Positions 52,601 to 63,630 of a stretch of 64,000 nt of DNA are shown here, one piece after another. The translations under genes and the position numbers were made by a program. The DNA comes from Phallusia mammillata. Its lineage: Eukaryota. Every line of letters begins with the position of its first letter. Within the stretch, counting starts at the first letter, position 1. A model generated the notes under the pieces. The model ran no database searches. It worked only from the letters and a program-made list of their open reading frames with translations, and was not told the DNA's origin. The DNA lies in assembly GCA_965637545.1 (NCBI GenBank), contig OZ281498.1, positions 13,144,001 to 13,208,000 of the forward strand, written 5' to 3'.

Positions 52601-55600
52601 TGATAAAAAATAACAAAAAATATACGGCCGATTTTTCCATTAAATGCATCAATACTACCACTGTGTTTACAAATTCTGTTTTACCTAACATTGACAAAAC
52701 ATTTCATAGATCCAAGAATGAGAGGCGTCCGCAAATGTGACACTGGTTCATCGCTAACACCTCTCTAATACACACCAGTCATGTTTATGTTAAATGATTT
52801 CACGGCATCGGTTGAATACAATCAGCTAGTGACTAACCGAGCGTTGACGAGCAGTGCATAACACTTATTTGCATGATGATGTAAATTGTGCTGCTTCCGT
52901 TTCAGATGATCAAGTCAGTGTCACAACTGATAAGTGACGAAGTTGGGATTGGCAGCTCCCGATTCCAGCATTCTTTGTCCGTCATCAACACCTATGCAAT
53001 CAGTGACAAGGGCATGCAGGTAAAACTCTGCTCTCTGACTAAACTTGTAAAATTTAAATTGTACAACTTTCTTAAGTTGGAAATGGGTACATTTTTTGAC
53101 ATTGCTTTCGACCAGGAGTCATTTATGAAAACTACAGATACCAATCACAACAACGTCATAAGGTCAAATCTGTGTTTTTGTTGCTAACCGTATTGGCAGT
53201 TTGGCCTAGTCCAGTGGTTCCCAACCTTTTGTGGACCGTGGCCCCCTGAAAGTAACTTTTTAGCCCTGTGGGCCCCCTTAAAAAGTGGGTTGAGAACCAC
53301 TGGCCCAGTCAGTTGGCCAGAGCAACGTTATAAGTTGTGATTCACCAAAGATGACCGGCCATATATTGATTTGCATAAGACTGTGTGGTTACTGCCAGTC
53401 AGCAGGGACGTTTTACTGCAGACTCCAGAAATGGATATGCCCTTGCAAATTATACCTGTTTAGATCAGAGATTGCACGAGATCGTCACATAATACTTACA
53501 CCCAGTCATCGTGACGTCTGTGTTCGCGGATTAACCTATACACCACCGTGTTGTTTGTTTTTTGGAATGACATACAAAGATGATTTTGTTGTACTTTAAA
53601 TCACAACAAAGAAAAAGCCGTGTTGTTGCTTAGCTTGTTAACCTAAAATACTACAAAAACAATTAGCTTTTGGCAACTGGATTGTAGTTTAATCTACCTG
53701 AATATCATTTACTTTTGGCCAACAACAAGCTCGTGCAAAACATGGAAGTATAGTGAGATGACATGATACTTCTTGTAAATATACTACACTTTGTCGAAAA
53801 ACATCTAACTAACCGTATTAGTAGTCACAAACAACCTTACGTTTATGGTATTTAAAAAAAACTGTTATATTAAACAAGAAACGTCTAATTGCCCTCTTAC
53901 GTATTCAGAACCGTGAATCTGCCACGACTCAAGTGTTTTCGATTTTGGTGACAAACATGTTTTTGTGCGGAGCAAACCTGGACCAACATGTTTGCTCCAT
54001 TGAACCCCGAGGCCATCTCTCACCGCTAAGCAGTGTTGTTTTACGCACTACGAAGATTAGTAGATTGGCGGCTGTATATTGGGTCAGGTGTTTGTAGTAT
54101 TACAGAAATTACAACAACCATTAGAGTCGTATGGTAACTACTTTTAATTGCCCCTAACCCGATCCACGTATTGTGGTTTATTCCTGGACGACCTTATTAA
54201 GAAATCCGATTAAGTGCCCAATTTTTACGAGTAATCACTGTTCAAGGGTTTCAACTTCACAGTAGTGGTCACGTATTTTAAGTGGCCTAGTTTCATATGC
54301 TGGTTGACTTTATCGTGGTCAAGTATTTCAATACGTTTGCGTCCAATTCGGTCGCACGCGACAAATTTGCATAGAAACTGCCCAGTATGGAAATTTGCCA
54401 AAACATTTACGACATCCTGTCATTTGTAAAAACTTAATCATCAGAAATGAACCACACTGTTTGTCAAAATTTAATGCAATGTTTTGCGATAAAACTTTGC
54501 GCAAATAACAAAAACGAAACAAAGACAACATAGAAGAAACGTATTCGAAGATAAGAATAAGGGCGGAGTTCGTGATGGGCGTCCCATCGCTTGAAGTTGA
54601 TATATCAGTTGCTAGGGAACAGTAATGCACGCGGCATGCGAGGGCAATTAACCGACCACGAAGCAATCTGTCAGTTGCGTCGATTCAGACGGACATCGTC
54701 TAATTAGCCAATCGAGCTCCTAAAATACCCGATGCTTTAACTGCATCACGTGGTGCATTTGTACATTCGTAATATCGCGGCGGTGTTATTGTTGTGGTTG
54801 TTCTGGTTCTCCTTGTTGTTGCATTCGCTTAGAACTGTCGCTTTATACAAAGCCTTAAGCGGAGATTCATCTTTGCTGCTACTCCGCGATCTGTTGCCAG
54901 AGGAACCGTTTTCCGTCCGTCCCAAAATCTTAGCGAAACTGCTAGACCGAAAAATTCCGCCTTTGTTGTCATTTTTGGGCGATTTTCCCACTCTGCGAGC
55001 TGGGGACACATACTGATAATCCCTTTTTACTTCACCGTCTATTACAACCGGCGGCGTGATCACGTGATCGTCGTGGCCACTTACAGTCGAGCTTCGAAAT
55101 CGCATTCCAATTTTGCCAGGTGATATCGGTGGCTTTGTAGTTAATGTCACCGACAGTCGGTTAGATCCTGAGCTGCCAGCACTGTCTTGGTGTTGGTCAT
55201 AAGCCATGGGTAGAGGATAATCCATGTTGTCTTCTTTCTTTTCTTCAACTGCGCCGTTAACTGCTTCTTCCTTGGCAAAAACCTCGCTATTAATGCTACT
55301 TGTCTCCGACTGGTCGTATCTAATAACTTCTTCACTTGGCTCGCGTTTTACAACTCGCGGCGATGTTCTCTGCGAACTTGATGAACCGCGATTTGACAGC
55401 TTGCGTTTGATGGTGCTTTGCGCGTTCCGCAGTGTCGACCTCAAACTGCTTCCGCCCGCTCCGACTCGCTTGTCCGAATGACTGCTGCTCGCGTTGCTCA
55501 AGGCAGGACTGGGCGCACGCGTTGCCTCTTCTTGAATTGTGCTTTCGTGTGGCGTGAACTCCTTCAGACGCGACTTCTGCAACGATCGAAAAGGTCGTGA

Positions 55601-58600
55601 TGACTATTTTAGCGCTAACGAGTCTCAAAGCAGTCACGTTATGTCGATTTTGTGTTGTCGCATGGGCCCTAGCTTTCCTAATATGAACCGGTAACGAGAT
55701 ATGCACAGGCCACGATGCTGCCCGAACAACGCGCTTCACAGAAGATGCGACTGATTGTAGATACTATCGTCGAAATTATATCTCGATTATGGTTATCTGT
55801 CTAAGCCGTGACAGTAGTTTTACAGCTGTCGCGCAAATGAAAACCTCATTAGTTGCCAATAACTGGCAATTCTGTGCCAAATTATTTACGGGAAAAGCTT
55901 TGGAGAAACACTAATGCATTGAGGTAATTAGTGTGGTACCTAATCCCAGGCATTACCAGCTTTCCATTAGCTACAAACCTGTTGTTCAAAGTTGACTATC
56001 ATCTCGTCATACTCCAGTTCGAGCTTATTGAGACTTTCCCCAACTGCGCTTCCGAAATCCATTAAGAGTGATCCGCGCCACGCTTTCTTCTCATGTCTTT
56101 GTTCGCTCACCACTTCCATCTTTCTCACTTTCAGTTTCTACCAAGCTTGTAGTGCAACGACCAGCGTCGCTAAATTAAAACACAAACGAGCATATGATAT
56201 TAACAGAAACCTGCGTGAAAAACAAAATGGTTTGAACAATGAGGCATTACACGCTTCCTCAGCCGATTTAATATATACCAACACAATGCTAGTGTTTAAA
56301 GTGCTTAGATATTTAGCACAATTAAACATCATTTGTGACGGCTCCTTCATAGGCTTCCTCGTTGTTTAAATAGCTCTTTCTTCTACGGCTTATAGCACTA
56401 AGTGGTACGGCACTTTCGAAGCTTAGCATAACGAAGTTCTTACCCGACTGAATTTGCATTAACAGTCGCTTACCTTTTAGTCTGAACAATGCTTGTGTCA
56501 GTTAGCCTAAACATATCAGTAAAGTTATACTAAACGGTGAAGAACCTTTCTCCTATTGGACGTCGTTTAGTCTTCCCTATGGGCTTCATAAAACAATTAC
56601 AGGTTTAGCTTTGCCCGAACTACAATCACTGACGCAGCGACATGCAAAAGTATGACGCGCTTTACAACACCACTTGCACTTATGTTGTAATCGCCCACCT
56701 AGTTTTCAAACTTGTGACCACAACCCATGTAAAGAACATTTGCCAATACATCGCGATCTTACTACATTGACTCAGTTCCAGCTCGTGAGTGGAGCTCAAC
56801 ACACTGACACGAAAAATGCGTCATTTTTTCCCAAAGTTCCCCGAGTTCCGTTTCAAGATGATCTGCAGTTCGCACTGTGATCAACTAATCTCGTCGTCAT
56901 TGCGCTTTGTAGCTTACTACTGATGATTGTGCTGACTGTGCCTGGCGCAAATCATTGTTGCTTGGAGATGAGACAGGAAACGGTGACATCTCTCTCGATT
57001 ACGCCACATCATATGTGCAGCAGCAGAACAATTCGAACTACATCACAAACGCTAATCTAACATCGCAGAACTGGGTTATCGATGTACTGCTTACATCAGT
57101 TTATTTTCGTTGCTTCTGGGTCGTCAGCGTGTGTCGAGTCATCCATACAATGTCTGCCTCTGCTTTTTCGTTTAATATCACGAAAGTTCCGGGATTTCCT
57201 TGCGCATTGCAATGCACCACACTTTTACCACAAGCGACAGTTAACCAAGTTCGTACGCAGCGCGGTATTCGTGTCAGTAAAAGTATGACGTATTCGACAA
57301 AGCGAAATCAGACGTACATAGAAATCTCACATATACAACAGAACCTATTGTTTCTGCACAACTATTTCAAAGTTACACTTGCAACTCTACTATTCAGTTT
57401 TCAACAGACTTTGGCTTGTAAACAACGTAATGAATCAATAACGAAAACGTGAAGATACACGGTATTACTAATTACCCATTGTCTCATCTAGACTGAATAT
57501 GCCAAAAGAAAATCATAAAAAAGAGAGATGTCTGCTCAAAGGTTGTAAATCTTCTAAACTAAGTCATTGCAAGTAACCACTGACTTGCGTAAATCTGGTG
57601 GGCTGAGTCCACTTCACACATATATCAAGTAATAATTTATTGCTTTCATGAACTAAATAAACATTTTCCATTGGGCATAGCCACAACAGTCGCCACCGAA
57701 CGCCTGTGCCCAAAAGTCACCAGGCTGCTTGCTATTTCCTTCCCTCCTATGTTCAACTTCGGATCATTTTACGTCCTGTGTGCCCTACGTTCGCCCAACT
57801 GCTAATCTAAAGTCAAAACACAATTCCCTACGAATAACTCCCTGTCCAATTAGCGCCCGAACCAGCCGACTGTCCCATGCTGATATTCGCCTGTCAAACA
57901 GTTTCCCAAGTGACCAACAAGTGCACTGCCCTAACCTCACCGACCTTACACAGCTGCTGCCAATTGGGATTTATAATGACAAGTTTTACGGTTTTGTTGT
58001 CAAACCTGACTTCAAACTCGTCCCGCTGTGCGATTAAGCAAACAAGTCATTACAGCCTGAAGCAAGCCATCGTTACCTCCATACTCGTCTAATTAGCAAC
58101 ACGTCTGACCACTGTAATTACTCTATTCAGAGCACCTCATACCCGATGGAAGTAAAAGACCTGACCAAGAAAATTCGAACCGTCCTCATGGCAACAGCGG
58201 CAATGAAAGAACACAAAGACGATCAAGAGATGCTTGTGGACTTGCAATGCAGCCTCGCCAAGTCATATGCCGCTACCCCGGAACTGCGCAAAACCTGGCT
58301 CGAGTCCATGGCTCGTGCGCACGAGAAGAACGGCAATTATTCAGAGGTTTGTGTGTTGCAGTTTTAATAACTACGCGATTGACCACTTCGGGCCGCCAAA
58401 CACTATGTTGCAATATTTCGTTCACCTCAAAATATTGGTGACATGATTCTGATGACACGAAGTCAGCACGCACAGTTGCGTTGCGTTACACGTCTTGTCA
58501 TTTTCCCCTGAAACGTACAGCAGTGAATAAAATGGATAACAAACATTTTTGTGACGTATTTTAAATGCCGCCGGAAAGCAACATTTAAATTGTCAAATAA

Positions 58601-61600
58601 CGCGAGTTTATAACGTAACAGTAAACCATGATATGTTCATCCGACCCAGTTGTGATTTCATATTTTCATTGAATCTTATTATGTTGTTTTAGGCTGCCAT
58701 GTGCTACGTCCACATCGCCGCTTTGGTCGCAGAATATCTCAAGAGAAAAGGTAAAACAATTTTGTCGTTAAACTGTCGCCATTGAATTATTCATATCCCC
58801 GTGACAGCTGTAAAAAGTCGATTACCGCACATGAGCTCATTTTTTCTTGATGACGTCAGTGCGTGTAGTTAACTTTACAGGGGCATTTTTTTTTTCTTTT
58901 TATGATGGACAACCACCGAACAACAGTTATAATGAGAAATTTTAACATTTAGGCTTAATTAGTTGTCTAAAATTGTTTGCAGTAAAATACCTATTGATTT
59001 CTACATTTGATTGAGTATCTTTAAAATCAATCGAAAGCGCAAACTGGAGTAAACATAGCTGTTTTTAAGTAGCAACACCATAATAGACATAATAAGTACA
59101 AAGGCGGCGAAATTCTATTTTAAAGGGTCTTTTTACTTTTTTGCCTCAACACGCGAGGCGGATTGTCTAACAAAACTAGAGTTAATTTTTGACAAATGCA
59201 AACCACATTAGATGTGAAATGTAAAGGACAAACAGCAACAGTTTGTTTCCAAATGTTTTATTACGGCTGATAGAAAAGGACAATCAGGCGAATACGCCGT
59301 CTTCGATTTACACTGGTCTCTCGACGGCTTTTATTTCTCGCGTGTTCGGGACTTCCCCCGACGTGGATACAGATCGCACTGCAGAGAATGAACAATCAGA
59401 TCGCGTGTTTCAACACAGTGAGAAACTGCGATGTTTTTTGTTTCCCAGGCGCAATTATCATTAATTACGTAAAATGAAAATCAAAGATTGATCGATTGCC
59501 CCAATTCTCGGTGATGAAAGAAAAGAGTGAAAATTTGTCGTCACTTTTTCTTTTGCATGTTCAGAGTTTTAAACCTCGCTCCTGATTTAAGATTTGTAAA
59601 GTATCTGTAAATTTATTTTTGAGTCGTTTTTGCCAAAATATCAAAGTTGTCTTGATGTTTATAAAAATCAAAACCAAAAAGCAACTGGGGATCTCCTACA
59701 TGGTTTTGTATTTCAATGCCCTTGAAAAATCATCAATTGATAAAACGCTATTGGGACTACGGTTGAGAAATCATGTCAAAATTTGCATTTGTTTATAGTC
59801 ATAATTCCATTGATTTTGATTGATTCTTACATGAGAATCGTACGATTTTCGTTTATACCTTATAAGTACGAAGTCTAAATTGTGATTACTTCAATAGTGC
59901 AACTGATTGTTTTTTTGTTGTTGCATTTTTGACAAAAAATATACATCTATCTTTGGTTGCATGGTTTCAACCATATGTTTCCCTGCTTGTAATTTAGGCG
60001 TGTTTTTTTCCGTGTATTGTGCATTCGAAATGGACGGCGAACATTGCAAGCATGATGTAATCGGGTAATTTCCTGCTATTAGTACGAACGACATGACAAA
60101 GTAATTTGTGACGTTTAAATGTAATAAGACAGATACAAAATATTGCATCGTCACCTCGAATAAGATGACATATTTTAACCGCACAAAATATTTTAATCTA
60201 TATATTATATACACCAGGTATTGTAAGCAAAGGTTGCTCTGCATTTCGAACGATTTCTCCCAACGTCGAGAAGGAGGAATCAGCATTGAAAGAGGATGTT
60301 GGGATGCAAGACGTGCAATATGATGAGGTACTTGGCAAACAGCTGTGTAGTTATCAATTCAATTACTTCATAAATATGCATCCGGAATAACACCACATGC
60401 CAGGAAAAACTCCAAAAAATTCCATAAAAATGGGGAGAAAAAAACAAAACAAAAAACCTTGCATTTAATTAACTCGGAAATATAACTTTAAAACTAAATT
60501 CTATGATCACAAATGTTCACGGGTTACTAATTAAAAGCTGGAAACCCATCGGGGGTCCGTGATGGCTAAAAATTACGCAAAAGACGTTTTTAAATTTCTA
60601 AACCATACTGTTATATGAATCAGACACTTTTTTCGACAATATGATGGTTTCCATTCTTTTTCCAATAGGCCATACCAGTTTTGTTTCAAGATGTGCACAA
60701 TTTATTTCGAAAGGGACCGCAATCTTAATGAACTTAAAAAGTGATCTATAAATGAGTTGGAATAGCTTTCCACATTTAATGGCATCGACAATAAATGTTT
60801 CATCGAATGACTTCGGACAACCCAATTTTTTTTTAATTGTTAACTAATTTCGCCGTTTTAGGATGTTCTTACCTTCATGCTCAACAACTGCGTCGATCAT
60901 CTGCAAAAAGCCGAGAGATACGAATTGATGGTTTATATTTACAACATGATTATTCCATATTATGAGAAGCGTAGAGATTATCAGGTAAGTGGACCTATTT
61001 TGCGACTTCAGCTTTATAATTATCGGGATTTGTGTACAGAAAGTGTCAATAAGGGCTTGGTACCTGATAGGTCATCATGGTACAAAGATAGGATAAGCGT
61101 ATCGTACGAGTAATTGTGGCTCCCACTTCCTAAAAGAGACACATATTGTTTTGTCCGCATTTTTGTTGCCCAGCGAGGTTTTGTTTCAGGCATTTGACCA
61201 AAAAAGAGTGCTTACTAAAAAATATTACACAGATGATAGTTAGCTAGCATTGATCCTTTGTAATTTGACCCCGAATGACCCAGCGGTTAACTTCAGAACG
61301 AATAGTATAAAACAGCTCATGACCTGAAAGTTACATACATGTTGCTTGGTGTATTACTGGGTGCCTCAAAATATTTTGTAACTTTTAGGTGAATTTACCT
61401 CTTCATTCTTTACCCCAAATATGTTGATGTTCACAGGACCTAAACTTTAGGCACTTGTTGTGAAAGTGATCCTAGTTTGTTGTTTAATTTTTAATACTAT
61501 ATCTGTAATTTTCTTAGCACTATTGCAAGGCAATATTTGTTTTACTGTTGCAGCACTTTTCGTTTTGTAGCACATCTTTTGTGGCAATTGATGTTTATTT

Positions 61601-63231
61601 AATAAAGTGCGAGATGCAAATGACACCAATTTGAATATTTTTTTAGTTGAAAACTCGCTCTTTTCAGGCGCTGATAGATATTTATGGGACGTTAAAAAGC
61701 GGCTACGAAAAAGTTACGGAAGTAAATCGGAATGGAAAGAGATTACTGGGAACATATTTTCGTGTTGCTTTGTACGGTCAGAACTTCTTTGAGGAGGAAG
61801 ACGGAAAACAATATATTTACAAGGTCGGTTTGGATTCTGTGCAACTTCTAGAAACTTATACAACAGGTCTCATTTTTTAACCACTGTCTAACAAATAATA
61901 TCAAATGTATGTAGTATATAAAAAAAAATGAAAAAAATTGAAAAAAAAAACGTTTTTTGCATAATCGTTCGTGAATCGTTTTTGGAAGCAACGACCAAAC
62001 CGCGAAATGCAACAACTATATTTTATTCAGGAACCAAAATTGACGCAACTATCGGAGATATCACATCGGTTGCAGCAAATGTATGGAAAGAAATATGGGA
62101 ATGACAATATCAAACTTATTCAAGAGTCTGGGAAGGTAACAACAAAAATAAAGAATACAGTTTCGAAACACTTGTGGCACACAATAAAATAATCGAAATC
62201 GGGAAACTTCGGCTTTCGCATGCCAAGCTATGGTAATACCCCAGTACTGGACCGACTGTGCGATTAAATTGACATGTTTTTGGGTTTTGTTGCCAACCTA
62301 ATTAGCAAAGTGCAAAATCTGGCTCTGTTGATTTACAAAACTCTCACCACGATGACTTCTATTAATTGTATACATTGTGAAAATGTAGAATGTCTTCTAA
62401 CCTGAATCACTGACGATTATACAAACAATTTAAAAATAGATCAGAATTTTTTAATAAAGGTTAATAAAAGTGGATTTTAACTTGCCTATTTGCGCGAAAG
62501 ATCACTTAAAAAGTAAAAACATTCAACTGCCATTTATGAGATATCTGCTCAAACTTGTGACAGAAGAGCAAACAAAATGTTTCTCGTGTTGTCTTTTGTT
62601 AGGTTTTGGCAACCCGAAGTCTTTTTTAACCTAGAAAAGGGACAAAAAACTACGAAGAGAATGTAGTGCCAAATAAACGATAAAAAAGACTTTTTTTTCG
62701 GTTTCGAGATGTAAGATGAACATAAATTCATTGCTGGGATCAGCCCTGAAGCGTCTATGCAGACCAGCGATCACGGCACACTCATATATAAATCACAGTA
62801 CGCCAGGCCCATTGAAGGCGTCTTCAATGGGCCTGGCGTACTGTGATTTCAAGATGTAAATGTTTAAATAATTTTAAACTTTTACATTAAATAGTGGTGG
62901 TCGGCTTTACTGGTTTCAGCGAATGAGGAAGCGGGTTTAATTAAAAGTGCATCGAACGTTTTGCATTTGCCGCAGCGCCCACTGCCGGAATGTTTACAAA
63001 TATAATTATGTTCTCAACAGGTTAATCGCAAGGATCTCGACCCGAAGTTTGCGTACATTCAAGTCACTTACGTCACTCCGTATTTCGACGAACAGGAACG
63101 CGGACAGCGTCGCACTTATTTCGAAAAAAATCACAATGTCAGAAACTTCGTGTTCGAAACACCGTTTACACCACAAGGGCGCGCTAGAGGGGATATTGAG
63201 GAGCAGTGGAAGAGAAAAACTATCCTTACAA
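13621..63231 (+). CDS. DOCK9/10/11: Dedicator of cytokinesis DOCK-D family (DOCK9/10/11, zizimin) Cdc42 GEF; 3' end outside the window
   Basis: 43 phase-compatible exons: 13621-13740, 16030-16143, 16712-16801, 17325-17444, 17908-18033, 20030-20164, 20675-20837, 21086-21264, 21992-22135, 22196-22288, 22565-22693, 22886-23023, 23621-23691, 23962-24081, 24688-24767, 26391-26608, 27101-27268, 27603-27714, 28097-28224, 42332-42499, 42801-42989, 43169-43362, 43506-43605, 43875-44012, 44871-44976, 46470-46629, 47029-47155, 47246-47402, 47617-47723, 47922-48100, 48532-48588, 50019-50137, 50488-50609, 50939-51076, 51591-51773, 52906-53019, 58131-58346, 58693-58750, 60218-60327, 60862-60984, 61668-61823, 62031-62135, 63021-63231. 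Hallmark peptides: [106 protein letters not shown]. Confidence 0.97.
18391..19083. mobile_element. 693-bp MITE with 18-bp TIRs and TA flanks in DOCK intron 5 (superfamily unassigned)
   Basis: AGGCAATTATTTTTTGAC (18391-18408) versus GTCAAAAAATAATTGCCC (19066-19083) match at 17/18. TA lies on both sides, and there are many subterminal GTCAAAA repeats. Confidence 0.75.
18706..18729 (+). other. Candidate 24-nt in-frame cassette exon (VPSHFTAA) inside the MITE
   Basis: ttttagtag|GTTCCAAGTCATTTTACAGCAGCT|GTAAGT; phase 0-0, matching intron 5. No homology support. Confidence 0.25.
21375..21447 (+). other. Candidate pair of frame-compensating DOCK microexons (17 or 5 nt, plus 7 nt)
   Basis: Donor GTGAGT at 21392, acceptor ttttttacgcag at 21440, 7-nt TTTTACA, donor GTACAT at 21448. 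Joined they add VNPQLNFT or LNFT in frame. Confidence 0.5.
24797..25970 (+). mobile_element. Helentron-associated (HINE / DINE-1-like) non-autonomous element
   Basis: Subterminal inverted repeats ATGGGTCCCC (24797-24806) and GGGGACCCAT (25931-25940). 5' short hairpin TCCCCTT..AAGGGGA, T-rich low-complexity tract, central tandem repeats, and an imperfect 3' stem-loop (25942-25964). Confidence 0.75.
24888..25350 (+). repeat. 158-159-bp tandem repeat x3, plus degenerate copies to about 25730
   Basis: Anchor GTTTGTC at 24891, 25050 and 25208. Each unit contains the hairpin CCATCAAATGTTTGATGG. Confidence 0.93.
26787..26935. mobile_element. Degenerate hAT/Charlie-like MITE remnant
   Basis: Right end AAAAAAGGTTGAGGACGGCTG resembles the 53212 MITE end. 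Degenerate left end CAGTTGTCTTACGAC. Internal duplication GGCCCCGACAATAAAAAA x2. No TSD. Confidence 0.4.
30571..32598 (-). CDS. Secreted collagen/C1q-domain protein (otolin-1/CTRP-like), 675 aa, nested antisense in DOCK intron 19
   Basis: Acceptor ttttgcattacag precedes the exon start at 32609; ATG at 32598. Order of parts: signal-peptide-like N-terminus, Cys/Ser-rich module, about 325 aa of interrupted Gly-X-Y, C1q domain (VAFMAG...[12 protein letters not shown]...[13 protein letters not shown]...LRRGDVVWV...TTFSGY), and a C-terminal tail of about 50 aa. Confidence 0.95.
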   Translation of the reverse strand: MLLNKMYVMAIAIGLILSTAAQGATAQDGNEELVAPQLRFMRPPESNEPQTVRKLVDTRIRQSTQHEVEVEVHRSEETTTTSEGAECESNCTGSSSCESSSSSACSSTSSCATHCNTGCSCGCACGCCGNGGGGASDVTLLLHTLNRLTQGPPGSQGPPGLQGPAGFPGMPGPPGKAGHPGIQGPPGLQGIPGPPGFGLKGDCGPRGPKGEPGTSEVGKPGPPGPPGPTGKIDYEEFRNSPITVTGVEGPQGEKGMQGEKGMTGPPGLRGPPGFSSSDIETSKVTREVAGPRGPKGEAGIGIVGPPGRPGQDGIDGIPGESIKGDQGPAGEPGIGLPGPPGPQGPPGRAVEGKKGESGQDGQPGNPGTPGLPGPPGPPGIPKRQTDSDGLLNGESGTQGEVGEPGPTGPQGPPGMKGSRGMKGEKGMTGQQGRHGRPGSQGRSGRGEKGIKGDMGLPGPSIKGEPGPPGPPGRSTHSRTNTGMSSGSTLCCHQEKVAFMAGLSRNFQGNNRGICFDHVITNQGGAYRSATGCFIVPAAGIYVFHVHILRCRSSGPLYVHLMRNGEMISSATNQDSRFETTSATAVMQLRRGDVVWVRLRQGVAYGHSPSHYTTFSGYSIQLDEAVDVTAAFAQQRYKTGTSYALYKGATSNLLTEEAAARARSMSGTMMSMTGND
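37421..37850 (+). pseudogene. Possible ancient LINE ORF2 remnant
   Basis: Short peptides [19 protein letters not shown] and [13 protein letters not shown] occur in the order expected after the RT core; heavily broken. Confidence 0.3.
45627..45814. mobile_element. Old hAT-like MITE remnant
   Basis: CAGTGTTGT...ACAACACTG ends, with an inner inverted pair AAAAGGTCCAC / GTGGACCTTTT. Flanks do not form a TSD. Confidence 0.4.
48703..48711 (+). other. Candidate 9-nt DOCK microexon
   Basis: gaacag|AAACACAAG|GTAAAC; phase 2-2, matching intron 31; would insert NTR (R-N-T-R reading). Confidence 0.35.
49348..49545 (-). pseudogene. Degenerate LINE RT fragment
   Basis: [10 protein letters not shown]...[17 protein letters not shown] parallels the RT motifs NYRPISLL..IFE and GFR..HST..AL...I. 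Confidence 0.45.
53212..53302. mobile_element. 91-bp hAT-Charlie-type MITE
   Basis: TIRs CAGTGGTTCCCAACC and GGTTGAGAACCACTG; 8-bp flanks GCCTAGTC and GCCCAGTC (7/8). Confidence 0.85.
54746..56119 (-). CDS. Uncharacterised 323-aa protein (short N-terminal helix plus Ser/Arg-rich disordered region), nested antisense in DOCK intron 36
   Basis: Exon 56169-55979 (acceptor ttttaatttag, in-frame upstream TAG, ATG 56119, 47 codons, donor CAG|GTTTGT) splices in phase 0 to exon 55576-54746 (acceptor gatcgttgcag, 276 codons plus stop). Starts [47 protein letters not shown]|KSRLKEF. Confidence 0.85.
60600..60830 (-). pseudogene. Possible LINE 3'-end remnant
   Basis: Minus-strand MWKAIPTHL resembles the ORF2 C-terminal AWDHIPDHI motif of the LINE at 3528; otherwise broken. 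Confidence 0.3.
62790..62849. repeat. Perfect 28-bp-stem, 4-nt-loop hairpin in DOCK intron 42
   Basis: AAATCACAGTACGCCAGGCCCATTGAAG-GCGT-CTTCAATGGGCCTGGCGTACTGTGATTT. Confidence 0.95.
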
Positions 63232-63558
63232 GTAATGTACTTTTGTGTCTTGTAGGAAATGTTTTTAATACTGTGTGTGTCTATGAACGTTTAATTGGGC
63301 TTCATTTACTAAAATTTGTGCTAATATCGAAGTATTGGATCAGAATTTTTTATAGGTTCAACCCGAACCTATCCCGTATTGGTTAAATAAAAAACGTATG
63401 GACTTGTCCCATAAAATAAAAATACCAAGTAATAGACAAGACTGCTTCAGTTGATAAATAAGATCTGATCGCGATTAATCCTGAAACATTAGATTGCACT
63501 TGCAGTGTAAAAAAATAATTATTTTTGTGCACATGTAATTACTCTCTAAGGTCTACGC

Positions 63559-63630
63559 CAGGGGTGGGCAAACTACGGCCCGCGGGCCGCATGCGGCCTG
63601 GCAAAGGAGCTCATGCGGCCCGCCAAATGT
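63559..63630 (+). mobile_element. 5' end of a hAT-Charlie family element
   Basis: CAGGGGTGGGCAAACTACGGCCCGCGGGCCGCATGCGGCC is the characteristic Charlie/MER58-type terminus, preceded by GTCTACGC (NTCTANNN-like target). The partner end was not found in the window. Confidence 0.8.

Larger units (their letters stand above)
58131..63231 (+). other. DOCK DHR-2 GEF domain (N-terminal lobes; continues past the window)
   Basis: [75 protein letters not shown]. Confidence 0.92.

Noticed and set aside
53195-53340. tRNA-derived SINE head around the hAT MITE insertion site
   Set aside because: An A-box-like stretch is present but there is no B-box (GTTCRA) and no tail.
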